From Bacillota bacterium (GTDB taxonomy: Bacteria; Pseudomonadota; Gammaproteobacteria; Natronospirales; REEB76): a DNA stretch of 64,000 bases. Below the pieces are notes generated by a model. It saw only the letters and a program-made list of their open reading frames with translations, was not told the DNA's origin and ran no database searches. The position numbers and the translations under genes are program-made. The stretch spans positions 9,276 through 73,275 of the forward strand of contig JBLNDO010000024.1 of NCBI GenBank assembly GCA_050261675.1, written 5' to 3'. Below, piece after piece: positions 61,980 through 64,000 of the stretch (positions are counted from its first letter, which is position 1; each line of letters opens with the position of its first letter).

Positions 61980-64000
61980 TCACCAGCCCTTCTCGATACC
62001 GATGAAGAACTCCCGGCCATCCCCGGGGAAATAGCGGTAATTGCCGAAGGAATAGTCCGCGCGCTCGGCGTAGGCGATGTCCGCCGCGTTGAGGACGTGG
62101 AAGGACAGGGCGTAGTCGCTGCCCAGATCCTGGCGCGCGTAGAGGTTCACGAGGTCGTGGCCACCGTAGCGGTGCGCGTCGTCCTCATCCAGCCAGTAAC
62201 CGCCCACGTGGAGGTACTCCGCCTCGAGGCGCGTGGCCGTCACGGGCTGCCAGCGAAGCCGGAAGGAGCCCAGGCTGCGCGGTGCGTATTTCATGTCATT
62301 GCCGTAGCGGATCGCGTCCGTCGGGGAAAGCTGCGCGGCGAACGCATAGGTATGCACCGCGTAGCTTCCCACCAGGTACGCACTCCAGTGCTCGTCGAAG
62401 GCATAGGAGAGGGACAGTTCCACGCCTCGGTGACGGGTACGGCCGTCGCTCAGGTTGAAGCCGTCGGAGTCCCGGAAGATGAAGTGGTTCTTGAGCATGT
62501 AATAGGCGTCCGTGTCCCAGACGAAGCCGCCGGATTGGCCGCGCCAGCCCACTTCGTAGTTGTCCAGGGTCACGGAATGCAGGTCCGTCACGTCCTGCTG
62601 GTTTTGCAGCGAATAGAGCTCGGAGGCCTCCGGCGCGCGGGCGCCGCGGCCCAGGTTGGCATAGGCGGTCTGGTCGGGCGTCGCGAGCCAGGTGAGCCCG
62701 AACTTGGGCATGACGTTGATGAACTGGTCGCTGCGGTCCGCCGGGCGGTTGAAGAGACAGGGCCCGAGGGGACAGGGCGTGCCATCCGCCTGCGTATCGC
62801 CCACCGGGAGATAGTTCACGTAGCTGTAGCGCACCCCTTCGACCCGCAGACCGCCGTTCACGGTCCATTCCGGATTCAGGTCGCGGGTGGCGTGCACGTA
62901 GGCCGCGAGCGTGCGGCTGTCGGCGGCGTAGTCGTAATGCAGGCCTTGGGGTCGCGATGAATTCTGCTGGGGCGAGCCGGTGGTCAGGGGCTCCGGCTGG
63001 AACTCCAGGATGCTCCCGTGCACGAATTCGCCGTCCACGCCGTAGATGACCTGGGTGTCTGCGTCCGTACGGGTGCGCAGCGCCGCCTGCCATCCCAGGC
63101 TGTTGTCTGCGTCGTCCTCCACGGGCTCGCCGGGAATGAAATGCTGCACGAAGGCCATGGTGTTGCGCCGCGCGTAGGGCGTGAACTCCAGGTCGCGGTC
63201 CTCGCTCAAGTCCACCTGCCAGCGCTCGGCCAGGAGCCAGCTCTGGGCATCCCGGTAGGCGCCGGGAGTCGGATTGGAATCCCGCAGGCTCTCGTCCCGA
63301 TAGGCGCTGATGCCGTAGATATAACCTGCCGTCTTCTGATCCAGATTGGTGGCGGCCAAGAGCGTCTCGCGGCTGACGCCGCCTTCCACGCTGTCGAAGC
63401 GCAGGTCGAACTTCTGCTGGTCGTAGCCCGAGTCGGCACGGAAGCCGGCGTCGTGGGAAGCATTGGCGCTCAGGCGGAAACCGCGGCTCCCGTCCCAGTC
63501 TCCGATGCTCGCCTCGGCGCGGGTGTACTCATGGCTGCCGCGCTCGAGGCCCAAGCTGTCGGTGGGGTTCATGTCCGGCGCCTGGGTCAGCACGTTGACG
63601 ATGCCGTGCAGGGCGTTGCCGCCGTAGAGCACCGAGCCCGGGCCGCGGATGACTTCCACCGCCGCCGCTTGTTCGATGTTGAGTTCCAGGAGCGCGTTCA
63701 CGTTGCAGAAGCCGGCGGGCTGGATGGGGATGCCATCCTCCAGCAGCAGGAACGCGCCGCAGGCCCCCTGGCCCGTGAACAGCGGCGAGCGCAGCCCCAT
63801 GAGGCTCTCCTGCCCGCCGCCTTGGGTCACCCAGGCGCCCGGGATGACGCTGAAAATCTGCGCCGGGTGGGTCTCACGGATAAGGGAGAGGGTCTCGCCG
63901 TCGAGGCGGGTGGTGTTGTCTGCGAGGCGGCGCTGGGTGACCGGGGCGCGGGTATCCGTGACCGTCACCTGGCCCAGCGCCACGCCGTCGTCGGCCCGGG
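61980..64000 (-). CDS. TonB-dependent receptor (N-terminus outside the window)
   Basis: Plug-domain sequence GQVTVTDTR...TTRLDGETLSLIRETHPAQIF, a long barrel and a terminal ...FIGIEKGW. The frame stays open to base 64000. Confidence 0.85.
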   Translation of the reverse strand, partial: RADDGVALGQVTVTDTRAPVTQRRLADNTTRLDGETLSLIRETHPAQIFSVIPGAWVTQGGGQESLMGLRSPLFTGQGACGAFLLLEDGIPIQPAGFCNVNALLELNIEQAAAVEVIRGPGSVLYGGNALHGIVNVLTQAPDMNPTDSLGLERGSHEYTRAEASIGDWDGSRGFRLSANASHDAGFRADSGYDQQKFDLRFDSVEGGVSRETLLAATNLDQKTAGYIYGISAYRDESLRDSNPTPGAYRDAQSWLLAERWQVDLSEDRDLEFTPYARRNTMAFVQHFIPGEPVEDDADNSLGWQAALRTRTDADTQVIYGVDGEFVHGSILEFQPEPLTTGSPQQNSSRPQGLHYDYAADSRTLAAYVHATRDLNPEWTVNGGLRVEGVRYSYVNYLPVGDTQADGTPCPLGPCLFNRPADRSDQFINVMPKFGLTWLATPDQTAYANLGRGARAPEASELYSLQNQQDVTDLHSVTLDNYEVGWRGQSGGFVWDTDAYYMLKNHFIFRDSDGFNLSDGRTRHRGVELSLSYAFDEHWSAYLVGSYAVHTYAFAAQLSPTDAIRYGNDMKYAPRSLGSFRLRWQPVTATRLEAEYLHVGGYWLDEDDAHRYGGHDLVNLYARQDLGSDYALSFHVLNAADIAYAERADYSFGNYRYFPGDGREFFIGIEKGW

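Noticed and set aside
1-64000. Search by eye for CRISPR arrays, rRNA genes, tRNA genes, reverse transcriptases, Cas genes or other recognisable defence genes
   Set aside because: No regularly spaced short direct repeats were found, no rRNA-like conserved blocks, no convincing cloverleaf and no hallmark defence domains. A computational scan (tRNAscan-SE, Infernal, CRISPR and defence-system finders) would be needed to be certain.

Overview
The window is a visibly GC-rich, proteobacterial-type chromosomal segment with about 65 protein-coding genes. By eye I found no rRNA gene, no convincing tRNA gene and no CRISPR array.

The core block is polA - engB - cytochrome c4 - dsbA - dsbA, the synteny seen in Pseudomonas-like gammaproteobacteria. 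It is surrounded by many signalling genes:
- a CBS histidine kinase with a double-receiver regulator
- three c-di-GMP turnover proteins
- MocR, AraC, ArsR and LuxR-type regulators

There are also many envelope proteins: two TonB-dependent receptors, several beta-barrel outer-membrane proteins and several lipoproteins.

Observations worth a second look:
1. A ~130-bp, TA-flanked repeat with terminal inverted repeats occurs three times, each time on a gene's TAA stop codon. Two inverted copies bracket a low-GC HXXEE passenger gene that was later hit by an IS30-family element.
2. An AT-rich island lies at about 9.0-10.65 kb. Its left edge is a diverged third copy of that repeat. Its right edge is a decayed fragment of a paralogue of the membrane-protein gene at 12754-13563. 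It carries a translationally coupled unknown gene plus an endonuclease V (DenV)-like DNA glycosylase.
3. A two-domain PPK2 gene is interrupted by one in-frame TAG, yet stays conserved in frame downstream.
4. A zinc-ribbon protein with a histone-H1-like lysine tail is divergent from an orphan ParA.
5. A MocR regulator is divergent from an operon carrying three copies of one secreted domain.
6. A cysteine-rich thiol/metal cluster comprises a CxxCxC outer-membrane protein, TlpA, a GDCCVxC protein, DUF1259 and ChrA.
7. The polA-engB spacer holds a terminator-capped structured region and a truncated LytTR-type response regulator.

All functional calls come from motif and family recognition by eye. 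No searches were run.
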